The notes below the pieces were generated by a model that saw only the letters and a program-made list of their open reading frames with translations, made no database searches and was not told the origin of the DNA. DNA of 14,468 bases from Nostocaceae cyanobacterium. Lineage in GTDB: Bacteria > Cyanobacteriota > Cyanobacteriia > Cyanobacteriales > Nostocaceae. The stretch lies in NCBI GenBank assembly GCA_035299225.1, contig DATGXB010000113.1:1-14468 (forward strand), read 5' to 3'. The position numbers and the translations under genes were made by a program. Below, in pieces: positions 6,120-13,535 of the stretch (position 1 is the first letter of the stretch; the number at the start of each line of letters is the position of its first letter).

Positions 6120-6188
6120 ATGTCTGAGATAATTTGGACGGAAACAGCGACTAATGACTTAAATCGTCATTATGATTTTATCATATAG
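6120..6188 (+). pseudogene. Truncated ParE/RelE-family toxin gene (22-codon stub)
   Basis: ATG 6120 translates to MSEIIWTETATNDLNRHYDFII and then TAG 6186-8. The I-x-W-T-x-x-A-x-x-D-L-x-x-x-x-D-[FY]-I opening is the canonical N-terminus of ParE/RelE toxins (~90-100 aa). The rest is missing and a MITE-like copy begins at 6219. Confidence 0.6.
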
Positions 6189-6218
6189 GATTCCTATTTG
6201 ATTTTTGAAAAAGACTGA

Positions 6219-6286
6219 GGTGGGCATTTCCGAAAATTCTCAGCTTTGATTCAGTGTTTTACCGAAAAATGCCCACCCTACACATA
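6219..6286 (-). repeat. MITE-like hairpin element, copy 3 of 3
   Basis: The arms are ggtgggcattt (6219-6229) and aaatgcccacc (6267-6277) with a 37-nt spacer. The reverse complement (tatgtgtagggtgggcatttttcggtaaaacactgaatcaaagctgagaattttcggaaatgcccacc) aligns with 1338-1404. Confidence 0.7.
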
Positions 6287-6376
6287 CTTTGCGATTTTGC
6301 GCGAGACTTTCCCCTAAAAAAATCCCCCAAATCTCATACAAGAATTGGAGGACTAAAACTAACTAACTAACTCAAA

Positions 6377-8953
6377 TTAGCCAACAACAAAATTAACCAA
6401 CTTCCCAGGAACAACAATTACCTTCTTAATCTCCTTACCCTCAATATACTTCTGTGCTATCTCCGATTCACGCGCAAATTTTTCCAACTCATCCTTACTT
6501 GCTTGTGCTGGGACTTGAATCGCACCGCGAGTTTTACCCAAAACCTGAATTACTAAAGTAATTTCATCTGCTATTAAAGCCGCAGGATCAAAAGCTGGCC
6601 AACTTACTTGATGCACTGATTCCCCATTACCTAATAAATGCCATAACTCATCGGCAATATGGGGAGCAAAAGGTGCTAACATAATGACTAATGTTTTAAT
6701 CCCCTCCCCATAAACGGCGGAATTTTTACAATCAGCATCGGTTAAAGCATTACTTAATTTCATCAACTCAGATATAGCTGTATTGAATTGATATTCATCT
6801 TCTACATCTTCGGTTACGGCTTTAATTGCTGTGTGAATTGCCCGTTTTAAATCTTTCTCAGATTTACTTAAATCACCATTTTTGGTTGTTTTAGGAACGC
6901 CGCCATTAATACAATCTGTTACCAACCGCCAAACCCGATTTAAAAAGCGGAATTGCCCCTCTACATCAGCCTCATTCCATTCTAAATCTTTTTCTGGTGG
7001 GGCTTTAAATAAAATGAACATCCGCGCTGTATCTATGCCATATTTACTAATGACATCTTCCGGGGCAACACCATTGCCTTTTGATTTGGACATGGTAGCA
7101 TAAAGACACTGTAAAGGTTCTCCGGTTTGCGGATCACGGGGGTTATTAGGATCTACTAAATGAGAAGGAATCCATTTATCTTTACCGGATTTATTCGGGT
7201 TCATGTAAGTTAAACCCTGTACCATGCCTTGAGTTAAAAGCCGTTGGAAGGGTTCATCAAAATTCAATAAACCTCTATCTCTTAATACTTTGGTAAAGAA
7301 ACGAGAATACAATAAATGTAAAATCGCGTGTTCTACTCCCCCCACATATTGATCTACAGGCATCCAATCATTTACTTTGGCTGAATCAAATACCTGATTG
7401 GCATTTTTAGCATCGGGATAACGCAAGAAATACCAGGAGGAATCTATAAAAGTATCCATTGTGTCTGTTTCCCGTTTGGCTGGTGTGCCACAGGTGGGAC
7501 AGGGAACATTTACCCAGTTTTCTAACTGTGCTAAGGGTGAAGCACCACGACCAGTAAATTCTACTTCTTCTGGTAATAATACGGGTAAATCTTCATCTGG
7601 TACAGGTACGACACCACAGTTAGGACAGTGAATAACGGGAATAGGTGCACCCCAATATCTCTGACGGGATATTAACCAATCTCGGAGGCGATACTGTACC
7701 CGCACTTTACCAAAACCTTGTTGTTCGGCGTATTCGGTGATCGCTTGTTTGGCTTCTGTGGAGTTTTTACCGTTAAATTGTTGGGAATTAATTAATATTC
7801 CGGGTTCGGTGTAAGCTGCGGTTAAAATTGGTGTTTCTTCTAGGTTGGCGGTTTCGGGAACTATTACTACTTGGATGGGTAAATTTTGTTCTTGGGCAAA
7901 TTTAAAGTCTCTGACATCATGGGCAGGAACTCCCATTACTGCGCCAGTTCCATATTCATACAATACATAATCAGCGACCCAAATGGGTACTTCTGCCCCG
8001 GTAAAGGGGTTAATGGCTTTGCCACCGGTGGCTATACCCCGTTTTGGTCTGTCTTCGGCGGTGCGTTCTATTTCGCTTTGGTTGGTGACTTCTTGAACGA
8101 AGCTATCAACGGCAGCTTTTTGTTCTGGGGTGGTTACTAATGCGGTTAAGGGGTGTTCTGGGGCTAAAACAACGTAACTCACACCATATACTGTATCGGG
8201 ACGGGTGGTGTAAACGCCTATTTTTTCTTCTCTCCCCACAATGGGAAATTCTAAATAAGCACCGACGGATTTTCCGATCCAGTTGGCTTGCATTAATTTG
8301 ACTTTTTCTGGCCAACCGGGTAATTTATCCAAGTCGTTTAATAATTCTTCGGCGTAGTCGGTGATTTTAAAGAACCATTGCCGTAGTAATTTGCGTTCCA
8401 CTTTGGCCCCACTGCGCCAAGAACGGCCTTCGCTGTCTACCTGTTCGTTAGCTAATACGGTTTGGTCTATTGGGTCCCAGTTAACTGCGGCTTCTTTTTG
8501 ATAGGCTAATCCGGCTTGTAAAAATTGCAGGAATATCCATTGTGTCCATTTATAATAATCTGGGGAACAGGTAGCAATTTCTGCTTCCCAGTCTAAGGAG
8601 AAACCCAGACGCTGTAATTGTTTCCGCATCTGGTCAATATTTTGATATGTCCATTTGGCGGGAGGAATGCCCCGGTCAATGGCGGCGTTTTCGGCGGGTA
8701 GTCCAAAGGCATCCCAACCCATTGGATGTAACACCCGATACCCCTGCATTCGCTTGAGGCGGGCAATTACGTCTGTAATGGCGTAGTTACGGACGTGCCC
8801 CATGTGTAGGCTACCGGATGGGTAGGGAAACATGGAAAGGGTGTAAAATTTTGGCTTGTTTTGATCTTGAGGGGTACGATCTAAGCCAAGTTCTGACCAT
8901 TTACTCTGCCATTTTTCCTCTATTGCGGCTGGGTTGTATCGGGATTCCACCAA
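6377..8953 (-). CDS. leuS: Leucine--tRNA ligase
   Basis: 858-aa ORF. It starts [19 protein letters not shown], has the class I HIGH motif as [15 protein letters not shown] and the KMSKS motif as TMSKSKGN, plus an editing-domain-sized insertion. The length is typical of bacterial LeuRS. Confidence 0.97.
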   Translation of the reverse strand: MVESRYNPAAIEEKWQSKWSELGLDRTPQDQNKPKFYTLSMFPYPSGSLHMGHVRNYAITDVIARLKRMQGYRVLHPMGWDAFGLPAENAAIDRGIPPAKWTYQNIDQMRKQLQRLGFSLDWEAEIATCSPDYYKWTQWIFLQFLQAGLAYQKEAAVNWDPIDQTVLANEQVDSEGRSWRSGAKVERKLLRQWFFKITDYAEELLNDLDKLPGWPEKVKLMQANWIGKSVGAYLEFPIVGREEKIGVYTTRPDTVYGVSYVVLAPEHPLTALVTTPEQKAAVDSFVQEVTNQSEIERTAEDRPKRGIATGGKAINPFTGAEVPIWVADYVLYEYGTGAVMGVPAHDVRDFKFAQEQNLPIQVVIVPETANLEETPILTAAYTEPGILINSQQFNGKNSTEAKQAITEYAEQQGFGKVRVQYRLRDWLISRQRYWGAPIPVIHCPNCGVVPVPDEDLPVLLPEEVEFTGRGASPLAQLENWVNVPCPTCGTPAKRETDTMDTFIDSSWYFLRYPDAKNANQVFDSAKVNDWMPVDQYVGGVEHAILHLLYSRFFTKVLRDRGLLNFDEPFQRLLTQGMVQGLTYMNPNKSGKDKWIPSHLVDPNNPRDPQTGEPLQCLYATMSKSKGNGVAPEDVISKYGIDTARMFILFKAPPEKDLEWNEADVEGQFRFLNRVWRLVTDCINGGVPKTTKNGDLSKSEKDLKRAIHTAIKAVTEDVEDEYQFNTAISELMKLSNALTDADCKNSAVYGEGIKTLVIMLAPFAPHIADELWHLLGNGESVHQVSWPAFDPAALIADEITLVIQVLGKTRGAIQVPAQASKDELEKFARESEIAQKYIEGKEIKKVIVVPGKLVNFVVG

Positions 8954-9034
8954 TTTTCTCCTAACTGAAATTATAACTATTCTGTGCTTCCATATTGTAG
9001 ACTTTCGGCAGGATAGGTTAATTGATTTAAAGTA

Positions 9035-9478
9035 ATGACTGAGTTAAATGTGAATCAAACAGATTTGTTCAGGGTTTTTGTGTATGGGACGCTAAAACCA
9101 GGGGAGGCTTATTATAAACGTTATTGTGCTGGTCGTGTTGTGTCTGCACAAAGAGCGTTTGTATTTGGTCGGCTGTTTGATTTATCTGTGGGTTATCCGG
9201 GGATGACTTTGGGGGAAGATAAAGTTAAGGGTTATTTGCTGTCTTTTGCTGATGGGAGCGTTTTAACTTTATTGGATGATTTGGAAGATTATTCGCCAAA
9301 TCGCCCAATGTCAGAAAATATATATAATCGTCAGTATATAGAGGTGTATAAGCTTGATGGTGAATCTTTGGGACAGGCTTGGGTGTATGTGATGAGTTGG
9401 GAGAGGGTTCAGCAGTTGGGGGGCAAACTGGAGGTTGATGGCTGGTGGAGCGATCGCTCTTTACAATGGGTAGATTAG
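9035..9478 (+). CDS. Gamma-glutamylcyclotransferase (AIG2/GGACT-like) family protein
   Basis: 147-aa ORF with the N-terminal [11 protein letters not shown] motif, the later GYPGM motif, and LDDLEDY, characteristic of the GGACT/AIG2-like fold. Confidence 0.75.
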   Translation: MTELNVNQTDLFRVFVYGTLKPGEAYYKRYCAGRVVSAQRAFVFGRLFDLSVGYPGMTLGEDKVKGYLLSFADGSVLTLLDDLEDYSPNRPMSENIYNRQYIEVYKLDGESLGQAWVYVMSWERVQQLGGKLEVDGWWSDRSLQWVD

Positions 9479-9548
9479 TTTGAGATTTTGAATTTTAGAT
9501 GGAGTTAGACGCTAGGAAGTACGTTATTTTCTCCCCTGCCCCCCTGCT

Positions 9549-10043
9549 TTAATTTACATCTCTATCTGTAGATACTGTTTTTAGCTTTGGTCTGGGGTTA
9601 GATACGGCGGTTTTAGGAATTTCAATCACTGGGTTGTTAATAGCGACCATCAAGGGAGAAGTGGAGGCTTGTTTTGCTGTGGCTTCTGGTTTGGGTGATG
9701 TGATTGAATTTTGGGCAAATTGCAGGTTTCTAGAGCTAGTTGGTATAAGGTTAGTTATACTACCAATAGCACAAGCGGCGATCGCTCCTCCCAAAATCCA
9801 TGCCAACCGGGAACGACGCTGTAATCTTTCCTGAACCTGTTGCAAGACTTTCTCTGGTGACTGTGGGGCTGCGACTGGCATTGTTCGCATCCCTGATCTC
9901 AGTTTCAATAAACGGAAATACAGGTCTTTCACGGCGGGATCTGTGGCTAACCATTCTTCTACCTGTTTCCGTTCGCCGGCAGTGACTTCACCATCTAGGT
10001 AAGCACTCAATAACTCGAAGCGATCGCGCTTCACCATATCCAT
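9549..10043 (-). CDS. Anti-sigma factor (single-pass membrane; SapG-like partner of the upstream ECF sigma)
   Basis: 164-aa ORF with an N-terminal anti-sigma domain pattern (FELLSAYLDGEVTAGERKQVEEWLATDPAVKDLYFRLLKLRSGMR). One TM segment follows (LAWILGGAIAACAIGSI). It lies downstream of an ECF sigma gene on the same strand. Confidence 0.8.
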   Translation of the reverse strand: MDMVKRDRFELLSAYLDGEVTAGERKQVEEWLATDPAVKDLYFRLLKLRSGMRTMPVAAPQSPEKVLQQVQERLQRRSRLAWILGGAIAACAIGSITNLIPTSSRNLQFAQNSITSPKPEATAKQASTSPLMVAINNPVIEIPKTAVSNPRPKLKTVSTDRDVN

Positions 10044-10299
10044 AGTACCCGTTAATTTGTTGGTAGGCTGGGCCGTCCCACCAGGACAATTCCTTGATAG
10101 TTGTGAGTGGGAGGGTTCATTAAACTTTGAACCATTGTTTATCTTAACATTTTTACCAATTTTTGGACTGGTAAAATTTGCCTGCGAATTGGCATTTACG
10201 CCTTAATTTTGTTTGCTTTTCAAGACATATTTTGTGTGCATTTGATAATGCTTAATATTTCTTAAATTTTGCCCTGAAATTAAGGCTAACTGCGGTAAA

Positions 10300-10956
10300 T
10301 TAAATGTCTAGATATCTTTGCAACTGGGACTGCAATCTGGATCTAGCTCTAGCTATTCTGGATTTAACTGTACCCAAAGAAACGCCGGTAATTTCGGCTA
10401 TTTCTTCATAGGCCAGACCTTCTATCTCCCGTAATACAATTGTAGTTCGGAAAACTTCTGGTAAATCCGCGATCGCTTCTCGCAGTTGTTCATAAAATTC
10501 TCTAGTTGTTAGTTCTTCTTCTGGCCCTGGAGTATCACCAGCGATTTCCCAGTCCATCTCACCATCGTCCACGGAACGAGGAGCATCTAAGGACAAGGGA
10601 CTAACAACCCGTTTACGCTTGCGTAACTCATCATAAAACAAGTTAGTGGCAATCCGACTTAACCAACCCCGGAACTTAGCAGGTTCTTGTAAGCGGCTAA
10701 TATTCCGATACACACGAATCCAAACTTCCTGGGCTAAATCAGCTCGATCAGGCCAGTCAGGCGCTAAGTGATATAAAACCCTATCGACTTGAGTCTGATA
10801 GCGGCGCAACAGTTCTGCAAAAGCAGCACGGTCGGGGCGCAGTCCAGCTTGACAGCGCAAAATAAGATCATGATTTGAGAGTTTGTCAACTTGCACCGAT
10901 GCTTCTGAATACGTTGCATCAACCGTTGACCAGGATACAGTAATCGAATGACTCAT
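10300..10956 (-). CDS. sigG: ECF-type RNA polymerase sigma-70 family factor (SigG-like)
   Basis: Region 2 reads DRADLAQEVWIRVYRNISRLQEPAKFRGWLSRIATNLFYDELRKRKR. Region 4 HTH reads REIEGLAYEEIAEITGVSLGTVKSRIARARSRL. The ORF track starts at TTG 10998. I prefer ATG 10956 (MSHSITVSW) because a sigmaE-type promoter overlaps the TTG extension. The sigG symbol is by resemblance to the Nostoc/Anabaena sigG-sapG pair and is not verified. Confidence 0.85.
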   Translation of the reverse strand: MSHSITVSWSTVDATYSEASVQVDKLSNHDLILRCQAGLRPDRAAFAELLRRYQTQVDRVLYHLAPDWPDRADLAQEVWIRVYRNISRLQEPAKFRGWLSRIATNLFYDELRKRKRVVSPLSLDAPRSVDDGEMDWEIAGDTPGPEEELTTREFYEQLREAIADLPEVFRTTIVLREIEGLAYEEIAEITGVSLGTVKSRIARARSRLQSQLQRYLDI

Positions 10957-10988
10957 AGATCGGTTTGGCTTTAAATCATCCCTAGCTG

Positions 10989-11016
10989 TTAGACACAATA
11001 ATGGAAATTAAGTTCC
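10989..11016 (-). promoter_or_regulatory. Candidate ECF (sigmaE-type) autoregulatory promoter: GGAACTT-N16-TCTAA
   Basis: The minus strand reads cttGGGAACTTaatttccattattgtgTCTAAcagctagggatgatttaaagccaaaccgatctATG. The -35 GGAACTT is the complement of 11010-11016 and the -10 TCTAA is the complement of 10989-10993, with a 16-nt spacer. This matches the GGAACTT-N16-TCnaA consensus known for sigmaE-like ECF factors. The predicted TSS is ~10982, about 25 nt upstream of ATG 10956. Confidence 0.45.
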
Positions 11017-11070
11017 CAAGTAGGATGGCAGAATTATGATCAGAACCAAGAAATATATCTTTTGAGGGAG

Positions 11071-11126
11071 GAGTGCGGGGTAGAGGAGTGCTGAGTGCGG
11101 GGTGCGGAGTGTGGGGTGCAGGAGTA
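11071..11126 (+). repeat. G-rich degenerate heptanucleotide tandem repeat (STRR-like), about 8 units
   Basis: Read in sevens from 11071: gagtgcg gggtaga ggagtgc tgagtgc ggggtgc ggagtgt ggggtgc aggagta. It lies in the divergent intergenic region between the sigma gene and the L,D-transpeptidase gene. Confidence 0.7.
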
Positions 11127-11151
11127 ATTAATTATTTTTGACTTTTGCCAA

Positions 11152-11179
11152 TTCCCTGTTCCCTGTTCCCTGTTCCCTA
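11152..11179 (+). repeat. Heptanucleotide tandem repeat (TTCCCTG)x3 + TTCCCTA (STRR-like)
   Basis: The repeat is directly visible as ttccctg ttccctg ttccctg ttcccta. On the minus strand it reads (CAGGGAA)n and so contains GGAA(C) cores. Confidence 0.9.
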
Positions 11180-11311
11180 ATGACTAAATTTGTTGATCTT
11201 GGCAAAACCGTGCGAAAACTGATAGATATTGATCAATTTTTTCTTACTAACCTGTCTTTAACAGGTGATTAATGAGCCAGATTATGTCAGGGATAAAAAA
11301 AGGCGATCGCA

Positions 11312-12079
11312 ATGGCAAGAAATGAATCTTTAGCAAGTATGGTGATGTTACTCTGTTTTGGTACAGCAATTTTATCTCTGGCTGTCCATTGGCGCAATCA
11401 AAATGCAGCAAATCAACCTGCGGCTTTAAACTCAAGTAGCTATAATGACAGTGATCAAAAATCTTCCAATGGAGTTTATCGCCCTACTTTCCCAGTGGGA
11501 ATTGGTGATGTGGCTTTGGCTGAAACTCCTCAAAAGCGTAATGTCGCCACCCAAACTAAAGGAAAGAGTAATCAAAAATCTAGATTAATCACAACAAAAG
11601 TAGTAGTCAATCCTAGTGATAATGATTGGCCAAAACCCAGGTTAGCAGTTAACGTTGCTCAACCTAAAACAAATATATTCCCAGAGTCCAATCAGGCACA
11701 ACTAATGGTAGATTTAAGCGATCGCCGGGTTTATGTTTACCGCAATGATTATGTAATTGCTAGTTATCCCATCGCTATTGGTAAGAAGGGCTGGGATACA
11801 CCTACAGGTAACTTTCAGGTTGTGCATAAAGAACATGATCCCATCTGGAAACATCCAATTACTGGTAAAGTATTTGAAGCTGGTACGGATAGCCCATTAG
11901 GTGAGCGCTGGATCGGTTTTTGGTCAGATGGGAGAAATGAGATCGGCTTTCACGGTACACCTGATATTGACTTAATAGGAGAAGCTGTGTCTCATGGTTG
12001 TCTAAGAATGCGAAATTCTGATATTAAGTTGCTTTACGACCAAGTAAGTTTAGGCACAACTGTGTTAGTCCGCGAGTAA
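11312..12079 (+). CDS. L,D-transpeptidase (YkuD domain) family protein, membrane-anchored
   Basis: 255-aa ORF with an N-terminal hydrophobic anchor (MVMLLCFGTAILSLAV). The C-terminal YkuD domain has YPIAIGKKGWDTPTG and the catalytic GFHGTP...SHGCLRM motif. Confidence 0.88.
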   Translation: MARNESLASMVMLLCFGTAILSLAVHWRNQNAANQPAALNSSSYNDSDQKSSNGVYRPTFPVGIGDVALAETPQKRNVATQTKGKSNQKSRLITTKVVVNPSDNDWPKPRLAVNVAQPKTNIFPESNQAQLMVDLSDRRVYVYRNDYVIASYPIAIGKKGWDTPTGNFQVVHKEHDPIWKHPITGKVFEAGTDSPLGERWIGFWSDGRNEIGFHGTPDIDLIGEAVSHGCLRMRNSDIKLLYDQVSLGTTVLVRE

Positions 12080-12102
12080 TGGGAAAAGTGTATAAAAAAT
12101 CC

Positions 12103-12147
12103 TAGATTTTGGATCTGAGAATTACTCAATCCAAAATCCAAAATCTA
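12103..12147. terminator. AT-rich 12-bp inverted repeat between convergent genes (candidate bidirectional terminator), embedded in heptamer-like repeats
   Basis: tagattttggat (12103-12114) and atccaaaatcta (12136-12147) are perfect reverse complements with a 21-nt loop. The adjacent sequence is tccaaaa tccaaaa tctaaga tttaaaa. It lies between the L,D-transpeptidase stop and the ComFB stop. Confidence 0.4.
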
Positions 12148-12167
12148 AGATTTAAAATCTACAATTC

Positions 12168-12707
12168 TTATGACTTTTCCTCAAAGCTGGGAGCGTAGAC
12201 TTGTAGAAGGTTGCTGACTTGACGTAGCACTTCGTTACCTGTACTTTTACCGATCGCTTGTCGTTCTGGGAAGAAATTGGGGCGATCTAAGTAACGGTTG
12301 ATAGCTTCTCCTACTTGCTGAGAAATTAAATCTTGCAGTTCTGTTGTAGCTCGTTGACGTTGGTAATTAGCACCTTCTTCAGTTGTCGCATACAAAGGCG
12401 GGAGACGATTAAGCGCGTAAGCGGCAATATCTCCCACATCTAAAGAACTTTCACTGGTGGCTTCGATTTCTGCTACTCTTGTAATGGCTTCAGTCAACAC
12501 TAACTCTTCCATTACATTTATAAATTGTTTGCGAGGTACCGCCACTACCTCACCTGTTAAAAGTGCGCCCATCAGGCGGTCTAAGGCCATATACTCTTCA
12601 ATTGTTAGATCCGAGGCATTATCACAGATCCGTCCGACTTCTGCTTCCATTGCTGGTGTTAGATAACCATCCTGAAGAGCTTGTTCAACAATTCTTTCTA
12701 TACTCAT
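12168..12707 (-). CDS. ComFB (late competence development protein) family protein with an N-terminal extension
   Basis: 179-aa ORF. The core INVMEELVLTEAI ... DIAAYALNRLPPLYATTEEG matches the ComFB signature (NxxExxV ... DIxAxALNxLPPxY) that I recall from B. subtilis ComFB and its cyanobacterial homologues. Confidence 0.75.
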   Translation of the reverse strand: MSIERIVEQALQDGYLTPAMEAEVGRICDNASDLTIEEYMALDRLMGALLTGEVVAVPRKQFINVMEELVLTEAITRVAEIEATSESSLDVGDIAAYALNRLPPLYATTEEGANYQRQRATTELQDLISQQVGEAINRYLDRPNFFPERQAIGKSTGNEVLRQVSNLLQVYAPSFEEKS

Positions 12708-12941
12708 AATCTTCGTCTTTTAATTTAAGCACCCAAATCAGGTAAGAATGGTACTGTTGCATTGTATTTTGCTTTGCAGCAAAAGTTGTTTAATTATCTA
12801 TTAACAAAATTTGACCTCTGCCTGGTCTTAAGATACTGTGATTCTAAGCTGTTGTTGCTTCGTTTTTGAGTTTTGGTTTCCCAGAGTTTAAATCTGGTAG
12901 CAAGGTTCAAAGCTTGCCTATATAGCTTATTAACCAGTTAT

Positions 12942-13394
12942 CTATTCCAGGGTAATTACATAAAAAATATTGATACTATTACCAACAAATTTTAAAGCTT
13001 GCTGAGGATATGTCACCACTGCGTCACCAATGCCTTTGCGGTAGTTGGTTAGCCTGGTTTGATTTTCTAAGTGCCCCTGACAATACTTTTTATCTAATTT
13101 CTTGAATGATCTAAAAGATTCGGCAACTGAATTTAAAATCCTTTGCACTGCTTGAGAATACAAAACTTGATAGTGATTGTTAGCTTTGTATTCTTTTTCT
13201 AAATCAAATTTGCCGATGATTTGTCCAGTCTTAAAAAATAGCTGACGAGTATAGTAAATACTACTGTTTGTCAGCTTGTAAGATTCAGAACAAATAAACT
13301 CAAGAATTGCTTTTAAATCTTCATTTAGATTAATCAGATTTTGTTGGCATCCGTATAATTTAGTCACCTCCTTACTAAAATGTAATGATAACAT
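12942..13394 (-). pseudogene. tnpB: Truncated N-terminal fragment of an IS200/IS605-family TnpB (OrfB/IS1341-type) gene
   Basis: 150-aa ORF. The stretch CSESYKLTNSSIYYTRQLFF ... YSQAVQRILNSVAESFRSFKKLDKKYCQGHLENQTRLTNYRKGIGDAVVTYPQQALKF fits the TnpB N-terminal pattern (SKNLYNxANYxxRQ ... AQQxL ... WKSFF ... PKLPxYxKK ... QAxK). Key residues are degraded. The RuvC (GIDLG) and zinc-finger parts are absent (full length is ~400 aa), and no tnpA is present. Confidence 0.6.
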
Positions 13395-13445
13395 AAATGT
13401 GTTGCAGCAAAAAAATTATACATGATAATTAAGAATATTCTACAG

Positions 13446-13461
13446 GCGGGATAAATCCCGC
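13446..13461. other. Short GC hairpin (gcggga-taaa-tcccgc) between the M23 peptidase stop and the tnpB remnant start
   Basis: A perfect 6-bp stem with a 4-nt loop. It could be a weak terminator for the peptidase gene (no U-tract follows on the - strand) or a subterminal hairpin of the decayed IS200/IS605-type element. This is unresolved. Confidence 0.3.
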
Positions 13462-13535
13462 AACTGCGACTGTCATCCCTAAAAAACAGTTAAGAGACTT
13501 TCAGCATATCATTGTTGTAATTTATCAAATTTCTA

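Noticed and set aside
6359-6372. (CTAA)3 microsatellite immediately downstream of the leuS stop
   Set aside because: It is short and provides stops in all frames on the - strand. It is probably incidental in AT-rich DNA.
6882-8315. ORFs 6882-7103 (+), 7886-8140 (+) and 8106-8315 (-) from the six-frame track
   Set aside because: All are nested inside, antisense to, or out of frame with the unambiguous leuS CDS. They have low-complexity, unrecognisable translations and are most likely spurious.
9634-9985. Three short ORFs (9634-9834 +, 9760-9954 -, 9800-9985 +)
   Set aside because: They lie inside the anti-sigma factor CDS in other frames or strands, and nothing supports them as genes.
10957-10998. 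TTG-initiated 14-codon extension of the ECF sigma ORF
   Set aside because: It needs a weak TTG start, and the extension is overlapped by a good sigmaE-type -10/-35 pair. ATG 10956 is preferred but not proven.
11064-11126. G-quadruplex in the G-rich heptamer tract
   Set aside because: Four G3-4 runs exist, but the loops are 10-18 nt, outside the canonical G3+N1-7 definition. The tract is better described as an STRR-like repeat.
11180-11311. Second ECF-type promoter driving the L,D-transpeptidase gene
   Set aside because: No GGAAC-N16/17-TC(T/A)AA match is visible on the + strand. Only a small hairpin (acctgt-cttta-acaggt, 11250-11266) and a HIP1 site occur.
11247-11435. 62-aa ORF on the - strand
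   Set aside because: It overlaps the start of the L,D-transpeptidase gene in antisense. It has no motif and no plausible signal.
12457-12666. 69-aa ORF on the + strand
   Set aside because: It is antisense inside the ComFB-family CDS and its composition looks like a shadow ORF.
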